From Candidatus Latescibacterota bacterium (lineage in GTDB: Bacteria > Latescibacterota > UBA2968 > UBA8231), in NCBI GenBank assembly GCA_965248265.1, contig CBDFJF010000002.1:2560001-2624000 (forward strand): a DNA stretch of 64,000 bases, read 5' to 3'. Below the pieces are notes generated by a model. The model saw only the letters and a program-made list of their open reading frames with translations, was not told the DNA's origin and searched no databases. Position 1 is the stretch's first letter. Each line of letters starts with the position of its first letter. Shown piece after piece: positions 48,767 through 57,800 of this stretch. Position numbers and translations under genes: made by a program.

Positions 48767-50242
48767 ATGAAAGATGTAATCTGTTTAGGCACTCGCCGGG
48801 AGTTATTCGTCGATCATCATGTAATCGACGGCATGGACGGAACCAGCCTCAAGCTGCACAACCCCGTTCCCGCCGGCGTAGCCATCAATTACGATGAGCC
48901 ATGGGAGAAAGGTGAGAAAGGTTCGTCAGCCTTCTTCACTACCATTTTCCAAGACGGTAAAACCTACCGCATGTATTACAGAGGTCACTCCAATGCTTGC
49001 TATGCAGAGAGTGATGACGGGGTCGACTGGTTCAAGCCGAAGCTTGGATTGGTAGAAGCAGATGGTTCCGATCAGAATAACATCATTCTGGGAGTCTGCC
49101 AGAATTCGCTCTCTCCCTTCTTGGACACCAAAGCTGGCGTACCATCAGCACAACGATACAAAGCAACCATGGAGTGTGATTCTTCTTCCCTGGATACTTC
49201 CAGGATGGGCTTGAATCTCTACTCGTCGAGCGATGGCAAAGAATTCATGCATTTTGGCGGTGACCGTGCGATACCATGGACGAGGGCGAATCACTTTGAC
49301 TCTCAGAATGTGGTATTTTGGTCCGAAGTCGAGTCACAGTATGTGATGTACGCAAGATACATGGTATCAATCGACGGAACGCTCATAGACGCTGATGAGT
49401 ATTCGAGTCTCTTGCATGACGATTTAGAAGCTCTGATAGCAAGGGATCGAGCCAAGGGCACCTACATCAGATCTACCGCAAGAGCCACTTCATCTGATTT
49501 TTTGGATTGGTCAGAGTTTACTCCTATGGAGTTCAGCGACACCGACTCGATCACGCCATCCGCGCAGCTCTATACCAATCAAACGATTCCATACTTCAGG
49601 GCCAATCACATATATATATCGCTACCCGGCAGGATATTTTTCGGAAAATTAGAGCAAAAAAGCTCACATGAGCCCTCTCACGAGGAGTCCAGCGGTGATT
49701 GCTCTGACGGAGTCATGATGACAACCAGGGCAGGCAGTCACAGATACGATTTTACGTTCAGGGAGAGTTTGCTGAGACCTGGGACTGGGGATGAGAATTG
49801 GACCACCAGGAACAACTATCCTGCTCATGGGATTATTAAGACCGGCGAATCGGAAATGTCCATATTTGTGCAGCGTCACTACTCACAGCCTACAGCTCAT
49901 CTGGAGAGAATGACACTGCGATTGGACGGGTTCGCATCCTTGAATGCACTGTATGAAGAGGGACAGATGACCACAAAGCCTGTCAATTTTTCTGGCAGCA
50001 GGTTGGAGTTGAATTATTCTACAAGCGCTGCTGGCAGCGTACGCGTGGGGTTGTCAGATGTTGATGGTAACCCGATAGACGGGTTCGGAACAGGCGATTG
50101 TGATGAGTTGATCGGAGATGAAATATCTCGGTTTGTTTCTTGGAAAGGATCTATGGATGTATCCGGGATTACTGGTCAGACAGTCAGGATGAGGCTGGTG
50201 ATGAATGACGCCGATGTTTTTTCTTTTAGATTCGCCGATTGA
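48767..50242 (+). CDS. Hypothetical beta-propeller glycoside hydrolase-like protein
   Basis: RRELFVD, YRMYY, CYAESDDG..W.KP.LG, FDSQN, RLDGFASL; visibly more AT-rich than neighbours. Confidence 0.65.
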   Translation: MKDVICLGTRRELFVDHHVIDGMDGTSLKLHNPVPAGVAINYDEPWEKGEKGSSAFFTTIFQDGKTYRMYYRGHSNACYAESDDGVDWFKPKLGLVEADGSDQNNIILGVCQNSLSPFLDTKAGVPSAQRYKATMECDSSSLDTSRMGLNLYSSSDGKEFMHFGGDRAIPWTRANHFDSQNVVFWSEVESQYVMYARYMVSIDGTLIDADEYSSLLHDDLEALIARDRAKGTYIRSTARATSSDFLDWSEFTPMEFSDTDSITPSAQLYTNQTIPYFRANHIYISLPGRIFFGKLEQKSSHEPSHEESSGDCSDGVMMTTRAGSHRYDFTFRESLLRPGTGDENWTTRNNYPAHGIIKTGESEMSIFVQRHYSQPTAHLERMTLRLDGFASLNALYEEGQMTTKPVNFSGSRLELNYSTSAAGSVRVGLSDVDGNPIDGFGTGDCDELIGDEISRFVSWKGSMDVSGITGQTVRMRLVMNDADVFSFRFAD

Positions 50243-50245
50243 ACA

Positions 50246-51169
50246 TCAGCCCAGATACTGCTTGGGAAACTTCGCCACCATCGTAAACTTCGGGTCCACC
50301 ATATTCCCAAGACGCATCTGTCCGACCTGCCCCAGTAGATGATAGGCCCTCATGCGGTCGAAACCGTAATCGACAGCCAGCCAGTCGATCAACTCGACCC
50401 AGGCAATCCGAGCCGCCGCATCCAGAGGGCGCCCGCTTCCGGCCACCATCAGGAAGTCCTCGCTGACGATTCGGGGCCACTGGATGGTGTACCCCTTTTT
50501 CAATTCGAAGGTCAGCGTCACCTTCGCGGGAATCTCGAGGGCAACGCCCGTCACCTCGCCGTCCCCCTGACTGGCGTGCGCATCACCGGTGAAAAAATGC
50601 GCGCCTTCAACCAGCACGGGAAACCAGACTTCGTTTCCAGGGCGAGTCTCGACGCAGTCCATATTGCCGCCGTAGTAGTCCGGCGTCAGCGCATTCACCG
50701 CCTCAATTTCGGGCGCCACCCCCATCGTTCCCATGAAGGGCTCGTAGGGGATCAAGCGTTTTTCATCAAACCGAACACCGCCTTCTTCGAGTGGCAAGAA
50801 TAACCACTGTTCCTCCAGTGCATCCTGGAGGTTCGGATCGGGTCTCGTCGACGTCAATCCCCCGAAATAGGGTATCGTACCGGTCACGGCGTGGTCCCGC
50901 GTGGGTTCGATGTCGTGAACGTGGACGACCAGCGTATCTCCCGGCCGTGCGCCTTCCACGACAATCGGGCCCGTCTGCGGATTCAAGAACGGATAGGTGC
51001 ACACATCCGCAAACTCATTGACTTCAGGTGTCATCTTGTTTTCAAACGCATCAACCGTTTGGATACAAACCGTCTCTCCTGCCTTCACCTGCGCGATGGG
51101 CTTGTGAAAGGGAGAATAGGTATAGCAGTAGGGTCCTTCCTGACGAATTTCACGAGTTATGGAACCCAT
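50246..51169 (-). CDS. Acetamidase/formamidase family protein
   Basis: NPQTGPIVVEGARPGD, PFMGTMGVAP, GGNMD, GDAHASQGDGE. Confidence 0.92.
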   Translation of the reverse strand: MGSITREIRQEGPYCYTYSPFHKPIAQVKAGETVCIQTVDAFENKMTPEVNEFADVCTYPFLNPQTGPIVVEGARPGDTLVVHVHDIEPTRDHAVTGTIPYFGGLTSTRPDPNLQDALEEQWLFLPLEEGGVRFDEKRLIPYEPFMGTMGVAPEIEAVNALTPDYYGGNMDCVETRPGNEVWFPVLVEGAHFFTGDAHASQGDGEVTGVALEIPAKVTLTFELKKGYTIQWPRIVSEDFLMVAGSGRPLDAAARIAWVELIDWLAVDYGFDRMRAYHLLGQVGQMRLGNMVDPKFTMVAKFPKQYLG

Positions 51170-51204
51170 AATGCGGACCTGGGGACGGTGCGGGCCGTCC
51201 AGCT

Positions 51205-52731
51205 TTACTCGTTGAGATCAGCGCGGCCAAAGCCGCGCACCAGACTCACCCCCAACAGCAGGAGCACGACGGCGAAAGGCAGCCCGGTGGCCACGACGGC
51301 GGTCTGCAACGCCAACAGCCCGCCGCCCAGGAGCAACACGGCTGCAATGACACCCTCCATGGTGGCCCAGAAGACGCGCTGAGTCACCGGTGGGTTGAGG
51401 TGGCCGCCAGAGGTGATGATGTCGACGACCAGCGAGGCAGAGTCGGAGGAGGTTACGAAGAAGGTGGTCACGATGCAGACGGCCAGCGCCGTGGTCACCG
51501 TGGTCAGCGGGTAGTGCTCAAGCAAGCGGAAGAGGGCGACGGCGACGTCCTCCTTGACGGCGGCGACCATGCCGCCGGCTCCGAAGAGCTCGATGTGGAG
51601 CGCCGAGTTCCCAAACACGGTGAGCCACACGCACGTGGCCAGCGTCGGCACCACCAGGATGGCGCCGACGAATTCGCGCACCGTGCGCCCGCGCGACACG
51701 CGGGCCACGAAGATGCCGACGAAGGGCGACCAGGCGATCCACCAGGCCCAGTAGAAGATCGTCCAGCCATGCTGCCAGCCAGTCTCCTGGTAGGCCTCTG
51801 TCCACAGTGTCAGCTTGGGCAAGTAGCGCAGGTAGATGCCGAAGTTCTGCACCAGGGCATCGAGCAGGTAGCGCGTCGGCCCGGCGAAGAGGACGAAGGT
51901 CAGCAGCAGCCCGGCGAGCATGACGTTCAGCTGGCTGAGTCGCTTGATCCCCCGGTCGAGGCCGAGGACGACGGAGATCGTTGCCAGCGCCGTGATGACG
52001 GCGATGAGGATCACCTGCACCGTCGTCGACTGCGGGATGCCGAAGAGATGCGCGAAGCCGGCGTTCACCTGCTGGGCTCCCAGGCCGAGCGAGGTCGCCA
52101 GGCCGAAGAGGGTCGCCAGGGCCGCCAGGACATCGATGACGTCGCCTGCCCGCCCGTGGATGCGTTCTCCGATGAGTGGATAGAACGTCGACCGTACGGT
52201 CAGCGGCAGCCCGCGGTTGTAGGCGAAGTAGGCCAGGGCCAGGGCCATGAGGCCGTAGAGTCCCCAGGCGTGGAAGCCCCAGTGGAAGAAGGTGACGCCC
52301 ATGGCCAGCCGCGCCGCCTCGGGCGATTCGGGCGTGCCCCACGGGGGGCTCGAGAAGTGATAGACGGGCTCGGCGACGCTCCAGAACATGAGCCCGATAC
52401 CCATGCCGGCGCTGAACAGCATCGACAGCCATCCCCAGTAGGTGAACTCGGGCTTGGCATCGGCACCGCCGAGTCGCGTATTGCCATGGCGACTGAACAA
52501 GAGGTAGAGAACGATCGCCAGGTAGACGTTGACGGCCAGGACGAAGAACCAGCCGGCACTCTCGGTCACGGCCGCCAGCACGGCGTCGAAGACGGTCGTC
52601 ATGCGGTCGAGGTTCACGAGGCTGAAGACGACGAAGAGGACGGCGAGCCCCGCTGAGGACCAGAAGACGGTCGGGTGGATCTCGAGGCCGAGTCGGCTGG
52701 CGCGGCCCTTATTGTTGTCGTTGTCGGTCAT
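51205..52731 (-). CDS. BCCT family betaine/choline/carnitine transporter
   Basis: MLFSAGMGIG, FFHWGFHAW, WTIFYWAWWIAWSPFVG, FFVTSSDS. Confidence 0.95.
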   Translation of the reverse strand: MTDNDNNKGRASRLGLEIHPTVFWSSAGLAVLFVVFSLVNLDRMTTVFDAVLAAVTESAGWFFVLAVNVYLAIVLYLLFSRHGNTRLGGADAKPEFTYWGWLSMLFSAGMGIGLMFWSVAEPVYHFSSPPWGTPESPEAARLAMGVTFFHWGFHAWGLYGLMALALAYFAYNRGLPLTVRSTFYPLIGERIHGRAGDVIDVLAALATLFGLATSLGLGAQQVNAGFAHLFGIPQSTTVQVILIAVITALATISVVLGLDRGIKRLSQLNVMLAGLLLTFVLFAGPTRYLLDALVQNFGIYLRYLPKLTLWTEAYQETGWQHGWTIFYWAWWIAWSPFVGIFVARVSRGRTVREFVGAILVVPTLATCVWLTVFGNSALHIELFGAGGMVAAVKEDVAVALFRLLEHYPLTTVTTALAVCIVTTFFVTSSDSASLVVDIITSGGHLNPPVTQRVFWATMEGVIAAVLLLGGGLLALQTAVVATGLPFAVVLLLLGVSLVRGFGRADLNE

Positions 52732-53573
52732 GTGACGCTCGGCTTGTGGAAGGTGAAGATTCCCCACACGAGATAACCCAGCTCACCGCCCTCGACCCAG
52801 CGGTCCAGGCCGCGTTTCATGTGTTGCAGGTAGTCGTCGCTGATGCTGGAGCGCAACTCGTCGTCACAGGCTACGGTCTCGGCCAGGACCCGACCGTAGT
52901 GGCGGACGAGCTGGTGCGTCTCGTCGGTGAAGCCCACTTCTGCGAGACCGTTCGCCGCCGCCGCCTGGCGGTAGGTGCCCGGGGACCCCAGACTGCTGAG
53001 GTGGATCCGAGCCAGGATCGGGTCCAGGACACCCTCTGGGCAGTCGTCGGACTGCATGATGTCGGTGAAGGCAAAGACGCCGCCCGGCTTGAGGACGCGC
53101 GCCACCTCGGCCACGACCCGCTCGCGAGCGCCGCTGTGCAGGAAGGCGTCCTGCGAGCACACGGCATCGACGCTGTCGTCGCCGGCCATCACCGACTCGA
53201 AGCTGCCGTCGATGATCTCGACACGGTCCGTCAGGTCCTGCTCCTCGTTGAGCCGGCGGGCGCGCTCGTTCTCCAGCTCGCTCAAGTTCAGGCCTGTCGC
53301 CTGACAGCCGTAAGTGCGCGCCAGATAGCGGACAGTGCCGCCGAAGCCGGAGCCCATGTCCAGGACCCGCGAACCGGCGTCCAGCGGCTCTAGTTGCCGG
53401 CCCAGCCGCTCGTTGGAACGCTGGCTTGCCGTGGCGATGCTGTCATCCTCACCCTCGTAGAGGCCGATGTGGATGTCCTCGCCACCCCAGATCGCCGCGT
53501 AGTACTTGTCGGCGTCGTCGCTGTTGTAGTAGTCGCGGGCCGTCTCGACGACGGCCGAGTAGTCGGCGCCCAC
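52728..53573 (-). CDS. sdmt: Sarcosine/dimethylglycine N-methyltransferase
   Basis: YYNSDDAD..Y..IWGGEDIHIGLY, LDMGSGFGG, SQDAFLHS, HMKRGL..WV. Confidence 0.9.
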   Translation of the reverse strand: MGADYSAVVETARDYYNSDDADKYYAAIWGGEDIHIGLYEGEDDSIATASQRSNERLGRQLEPLDAGSRVLDMGSGFGGTVRYLARTYGCQATGLNLSELENERARRLNEEQDLTDRVEIIDGSFESVMAGDDSVDAVCSQDAFLHSGARERVVAEVARVLKPGGVFAFTDIMQSDDCPEGVLDPILARIHLSSLGSPGTYRQAAAANGLAEVGFTDETHQLVRHYGRVLAETVACDDELRSSISDDYLQHMKRGLDRWVEGGELGYLVWGIFTFHKPSVT

Positions 53574-53574
53574 G

Positions 53575-54399
53575 CTACTTGCCTGACTCTATCAGGTAGC
53601 TCTTCTCGGCCACGTGCACGAGGAAGTCGGGTTCGTGATCCTCGAATTCTGCCTGGAAGTCCCCGTAGGTCTCGACCTGTTGGAAGCCGACCTCGTGCAT
53701 CAGGCGGCGCGTGTACTCCCTGCGCAGGGGATACATGTTCAGGTGGTAGGTCGAGCCGTCGCGGAACTCGTAGGCAAAACGCGCCAGCCCGTCGTCGACG
53801 TGCTCCGGCTCAACGTGGACGTTGTCGCCACAGTAGTAGTAGGAGTGCTTACTGGAGTAGCCGTTGTCGAGGATGGCGTCGTAGTTGCGCTGGTCGAGGA
53901 TCAAGAAGCCGTCGTGGTCGCAGACCGTGTAGAATTCGGCCAGCGCCTTGCGGCGGTCGCGCTCCTCGAACAGGTGCGTGAAGGAGTTGCCCAGGCAGAT
54001 GACGGCGTCGAAGCTTTCGTGGATGTCTCGGTTCAGGTAGCGCCAGTCCGCTTGCACCGTGCGCAGGATGTGCCCGTGCCGACGGGCGTTGTCGAAGGCC
54101 TTCGACAGCATGGCGGGGCTGCCGTCAGCGCTGACCACGTCGAAGCCGGCCTCGAGGAGGCGCACTGAGTGGAAGCCGGTGCCGGTGGCGACATCGAGGA
54201 CACGTTGTGCGCCGCGATCGCGCAGATGGTCGATGAAGAAGTCTCCCTCGCCTTCGGCTCGCTGCTCCCAGTTGATCAATTCGTCCCACTTCTCGACGAA
54301 GCTCTGGATGTACTCGGCCTTGTAGTGGCTGGTCTCGCGCATCGCCTCCGGTTTGGTGCCGAACTGCTGCAGTGGTGCTGCGTGTGTATTGATGGTCAT
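53575..54399 (-). CDS. gsmt: Glycine/sarcosine N-methyltransferase
   Basis: FVEKWDELINW, LDVATGTGFHS, ICLGNSFTHLF, DQRNYD, YYYCG; start MTINTH at 54399. Confidence 0.92.
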   Translation of the reverse strand: MTINTHAAPLQQFGTKPEAMRETSHYKAEYIQSFVEKWDELINWEQRAEGEGDFFIDHLRDRGAQRVLDVATGTGFHSVRLLEAGFDVVSADGSPAMLSKAFDNARRHGHILRTVQADWRYLNRDIHESFDAVICLGNSFTHLFEERDRRKALAEFYTVCDHDGFLILDQRNYDAILDNGYSSKHSYYYCGDNVHVEPEHVDDGLARFAYEFRDGSTYHLNMYPLRREYTRRLMHEVGFQQVETYGDFQAEFEDHEPDFLVHVAEKSYLIESGK

Positions 54400-54526
54400 C
54401 TCCCTGCCTCGCTGTTCTGTCTGATGTGGGGCGAGCACCGACGGCAAGCGCTCGGAGGATCGTTGCCGACGCATGCGGGGCAGGGAAGGTTGCTCGATCC
54501 GCAGCCCTGGTACAAATGGTGCACGA

Positions 54527-54630
54527 TTAATGCTCCTTGATATCGTGCTTTTCCAGCTTGTTGTAAAGGGTTCGACGACTGATGCCCAGCAGGCGGGCGG
54601 CTTAGCCCGGTTGTTCCTCAAGACTGCAAG
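54527..54630 (-). pseudogene. Fis-type HTH remnant, probably of a sigma54 activator
   Basis: NNRAK(frameshift)AARLLGISRRTLYNKLEKHDIKEH-stop. Confidence 0.65.
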
Positions 54631-54704
54631 ATCGGCACGCACTCGTCGACATCCAATTCGGCACTTAGGAAAACATCCTGAGTATAGATAAAATAAGGGG
54701 TGTT

Positions 54705-55841
54705 TCAGGTCGCAGGCCGCACCAACTCCACGGCCTGTTCAAGCAGTTCGCACTCACGAGACACCATTCTGTCAATCAGACCAATCATACTGTGTACATG
54801 CTCCGCCTTGGGGCACATTGCGTGTTTGAGACCGAGCAGGCGGAATGTGTAGGCATTCCTTTCGACGGATTCGTACTGATCAGCCAAGCCAGACCGTCGA
54901 TCCAGCAAGGATTGGGTCTCCATGAACCTGAGCCGTTGCCGCATGACCGATTTGTGTTCCCAAAGAATGTGGACGGCCCGAAAGTCGAACTCGCTTTCGG
55001 ATTGCGTAAGAAGCCAATCCTGAAGATCGCGATGCGCCTTCATTCCGAAAGCTTGCTGTTGTGCGACGTAATCGATTGGGTGAAAACTGAGAATCTTGTC
55101 CGGGTAGGTAGTGATGTTATCGAATCGCCTGGAGGTATCTCTGGATTCCAGATAGTCCTCCATTTGCTCTACAACGTATTGGGTATTGAATACAGATCGG
55201 GCCGGTGGTCGATATCTCAGAAGCCAGACCCTGTTGAAACAAACATCCCGCAGCGAGTTGCTCATGTGAATGCCACGCAGCTGCCCAAGGGTCATGTCAT
55301 CGAATCCGGTGGCCGAAGTGTCGCTGGGGCCGTCAAACTCAAACGCTTGCACGAGCGCAGCATATGACACCGTAGAGACTCTGAAGGAGCCTTTGTCGTC
55401 ATAGTTGAGCAGGTGGAACTGTTCATTTGTCGTGTCGTAGCCGACGACCAGCTCTTCATGATGACCATGTGCTCTCCCGTAGGAGGGACGGTCGGGTATG
55501 AAAAACGTGTCGATGTTCAGTTGCACGTAGTAGCCGTCTGAGACACTCTCGAGCAGGAACGGTATCAGGCTGGAGTATCCATTATCGATGACCCGTCTTG
55601 TAATCCATTGGGTGTCCAGAAGGGGGCAGATGAACTCTCCGGATGTATGTCCGAAAGGAGTAAAAAAATCCAAACGGTACCAGTATGGATCAGAATCGAA
55701 AACCAGCTGAACATAGTTGCTGTAGAGCCATGAATGGTACTCGCCATAATTGCATATGATGGACAGAAGGTATCCGTGGTGACTGCCCCACCCGCGGATC
55801 GGTGGTGGCAGGAACACAGGTAGCAGTCGCTTTTTCAGCAT
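54705..55841 (-). CDS. Hypothetical protein, BtrH-like/papain-like fold of the type seen near Bacillota NRPS clusters
   Basis: W.YSNYVQL, CPLL, GYYVQLNIDTFFIP, HEELVVGYD, LWEHK..M..RL; AT-richer than flanks. Confidence 0.55.
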   Translation of the reverse strand: MLKKRLLPVFLPPPIRGWGSHHGYLLSIICNYGEYHSWLYSNYVQLVFDSDPYWYRLDFFTPFGHTSGEFICPLLDTQWITRRVIDNGYSSLIPFLLESVSDGYYVQLNIDTFFIPDRPSYGRAHGHHEELVVGYDTTNEQFHLLNYDDKGSFRVSTVSYAALVQAFEFDGPSDTSATGFDDMTLGQLRGIHMSNSLRDVCFNRVWLLRYRPPARSVFNTQYVVEQMEDYLESRDTSRRFDNITTYPDKILSFHPIDYVAQQQAFGMKAHRDLQDWLLTQSESEFDFRAVHILWEHKSVMRQRLRFMETQSLLDRRSGLADQYESVERNAYTFRLLGLKHAMCPKAEHVHSMIGLIDRMVSRECELLEQAVELVRPAT

Positions 55842-56152
55842 ACGCTGTGTTGTAGCAAAACCCGATCCGGCGCGGTTTCGCAACCGTACCAGACCTTATG
55901 TACTGACCTGGTACAAACGCGACTTCCTCGAATCCTCTTGTTCTCGGAAGACAGAGCACTGCGTGCGCGACCGCTGTGACAGAAAGTCGCCACATTTGTT
56001 CCCCCTTGGTAACGATGGCCGTGGGTAAGTAGCGCCGGAGCTATGACGGAATCGCCAATTGCGTCAGTGGATTTCGATACTATTTTCCCATCAATAACTC
56101 CACCGTAATGGCCGGCATCAACATCTGATCATGAGATTGTCCGGCGTGGATA

Positions 56153-56644
56153 ATGATGGTAGAATTCAGTCTCGGGATGCGCACTCACACGGAAGCTATG
56201 AGCGGTAAATTGCAGGATGTGCATAACCTGTTGAGTGAGCTCTCTATCCCTGCACCTGCCAAGGAAATCCAGGACCTCGTAAAACATCACACTAGCCAAT
56301 GGCTTGCGGAGAGACGTGCGGCCTTGTCTGGTGATCGTAGTGAAATTCAGGAGCTCAACGAGCGCCGATGGGAAATGGTTGACGCGATTGATAGCTCTGT
56401 CCGTCTGGCAAGAAGTAAGGATGCTGCTGCGCCTGCCCTTGACAGCGTCGGCGCCCTTTGTGACCGCCTCGCTATTGCATTCGTGCGGGCAGAGCAGCTG
56501 TCCGATGATCAGGAATTGGCTCCTCGCGCACTAGTTCTTCTTGAGGAGACTTGCGAAGGAGTCCTCGCGGACCTCAAGCAATTGAATCAGGGCATCCGAC
56601 GTCCGATGTCTGTGCACATCGCCAAGCGCTACAAACCGTCTTAA
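56153..56644 (+). CDS. DUF4254-like helical protein
   Basis: IQELNERR..MVDAID...DSVGALCDRLAI. Confidence 0.55.
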   Translation: MMVEFSLGMRTHTEAMSGKLQDVHNLLSELSIPAPAKEIQDLVKHHTSQWLAERRAALSGDRSEIQELNERRWEMVDAIDSSVRLARSKDAAAPALDSVGALCDRLAIAFVRAEQLSDDQELAPRALVLLEETCEGVLADLKQLNQGIRRPMSVHIAKRYKPS

Positions 56645-56716
56645 GATAGTCGCTGCCTTGACGGACCCCGCTTCGATTCGGCGTCGGCCTGCCGGCGAGC
56701 ACCGTGTGAGGGCTCT

Positions 56717-57799
56717 ATGCCAACCGTCGACACAATTCGCTCCCTAGATACTTGGTACCGCGACCCGGTGGCAGAGATTCGCGATTCCAGCTGGGCCGAA
56801 GCCCCTCGTGGTCAGACGACACGCTACGAGCATCCCGTGTGTGGTGACGACGCTCTGACACGCGAACGCAGCCTCCCAGTCACGGTTGTAGCCGGAGTTG
56901 ATGAAGGCCCGGTGCTCCTGCTGATCGCGGGAGAGCACGGCGACGAGTACGAGAACATCTTCGCTCTGCAGGAGACGCTCAACGGTCTCGATCCGGCCGG
57001 GCTCAAAGGACGGATCGTCGGCGTCACCTGCTGTTCCGTAGATAGCTATGTCCACCGCGACCGCGTCGCCCGGGCCGACGGCCACAATCTCGCCCGCTGC
57101 TATCCCGGCAACGCGAACGGAACTCTCACCGAACGCATCGCCTACACCTTGCAGAACGACTTCCTCGGCCAGTCAGGTGGCGACAAGCCCGCCTTCATGC
57201 TGGCGCTCCACACATATGGTCCGCGCCGTTTGGGCGCGACGCTTTCCGGTTACAACATCAATCCGGGCACTCACGATTTGACCGAGACCCAGCGCCGGGC
57301 ATGTCTGGCGACCGGATTTCCTCTCGTCTGGGGCCACGAATTTGATCCGAACTGTGCCGCGGAGGCGACGATGGGTGACGACGCCAGCGGACGCACCGCA
57401 CTCTACGCCGCATATCTTGCCCAGATCCCCGCGATTTATTGGGAAACTCCTTGGAGCCTGGGCGGCGAAGAGGAGTACGAGCGAGGGTTGAATCGGCTGA
57501 TCATTCACCTGGGCATGTTGGCGGGAGACAACGAGCCCATAGAGCCGCGGGCAGTAATCGAGTCGGTCGGCCACGGCGCCGGTGACATGGCCACCCACAA
57601 CCAGACGCCAGTCGCCGGACTCTGGCGGCCGGCGGTTCAGGTCTGGGACCGCGTGTGTACCGGAGATACGCTCGGCGAGGTTCGCGATCTGTACGGGAGT
57701 CGGCTGGAGACAATCCGGGCTCAGCGTGATGGCGTGGTGATCACCGTTCCGCGGCTGCAGTTCGTCGAACAGGGCTGTCAATGCGGAATCGTTCTTTAG
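56717..57799 (+). CDS. Succinylglutamate desuccinylase/aspartoacylase (M14-like) family protein
   Basis: AGEHGDE, NLARCYPG...GTLTER, ALH, C-terminal lipoyl-like domain. Confidence 0.85.
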   Translation: MPTVDTIRSLDTWYRDPVAEIRDSSWAEAPRGQTTRYEHPVCGDDALTRERSLPVTVVAGVDEGPVLLLIAGEHGDEYENIFALQETLNGLDPAGLKGRIVGVTCCSVDSYVHRDRVARADGHNLARCYPGNANGTLTERIAYTLQNDFLGQSGGDKPAFMLALHTYGPRRLGATLSGYNINPGTHDLTETQRRACLATGFPLVWGHEFDPNCAAEATMGDDASGRTALYAAYLAQIPAIYWETPWSLGGEEEYERGLNRLIIHLGMLAGDNEPIEPRAVIESVGHGAGDMATHNQTPVAGLWRPAVQVWDRVCTGDTLGEVRDLYGSRLETIRAQRDGVVITVPRLQFVEQGCQCGIVL

Positions 57800-57800
57800 A

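Noticed and set aside
54508-54522. TGGTACAAATGGTGC, a GG-N10-GC element
   Set aside because: On the plus strand, pointing away from gsmt with no credible gene downstream
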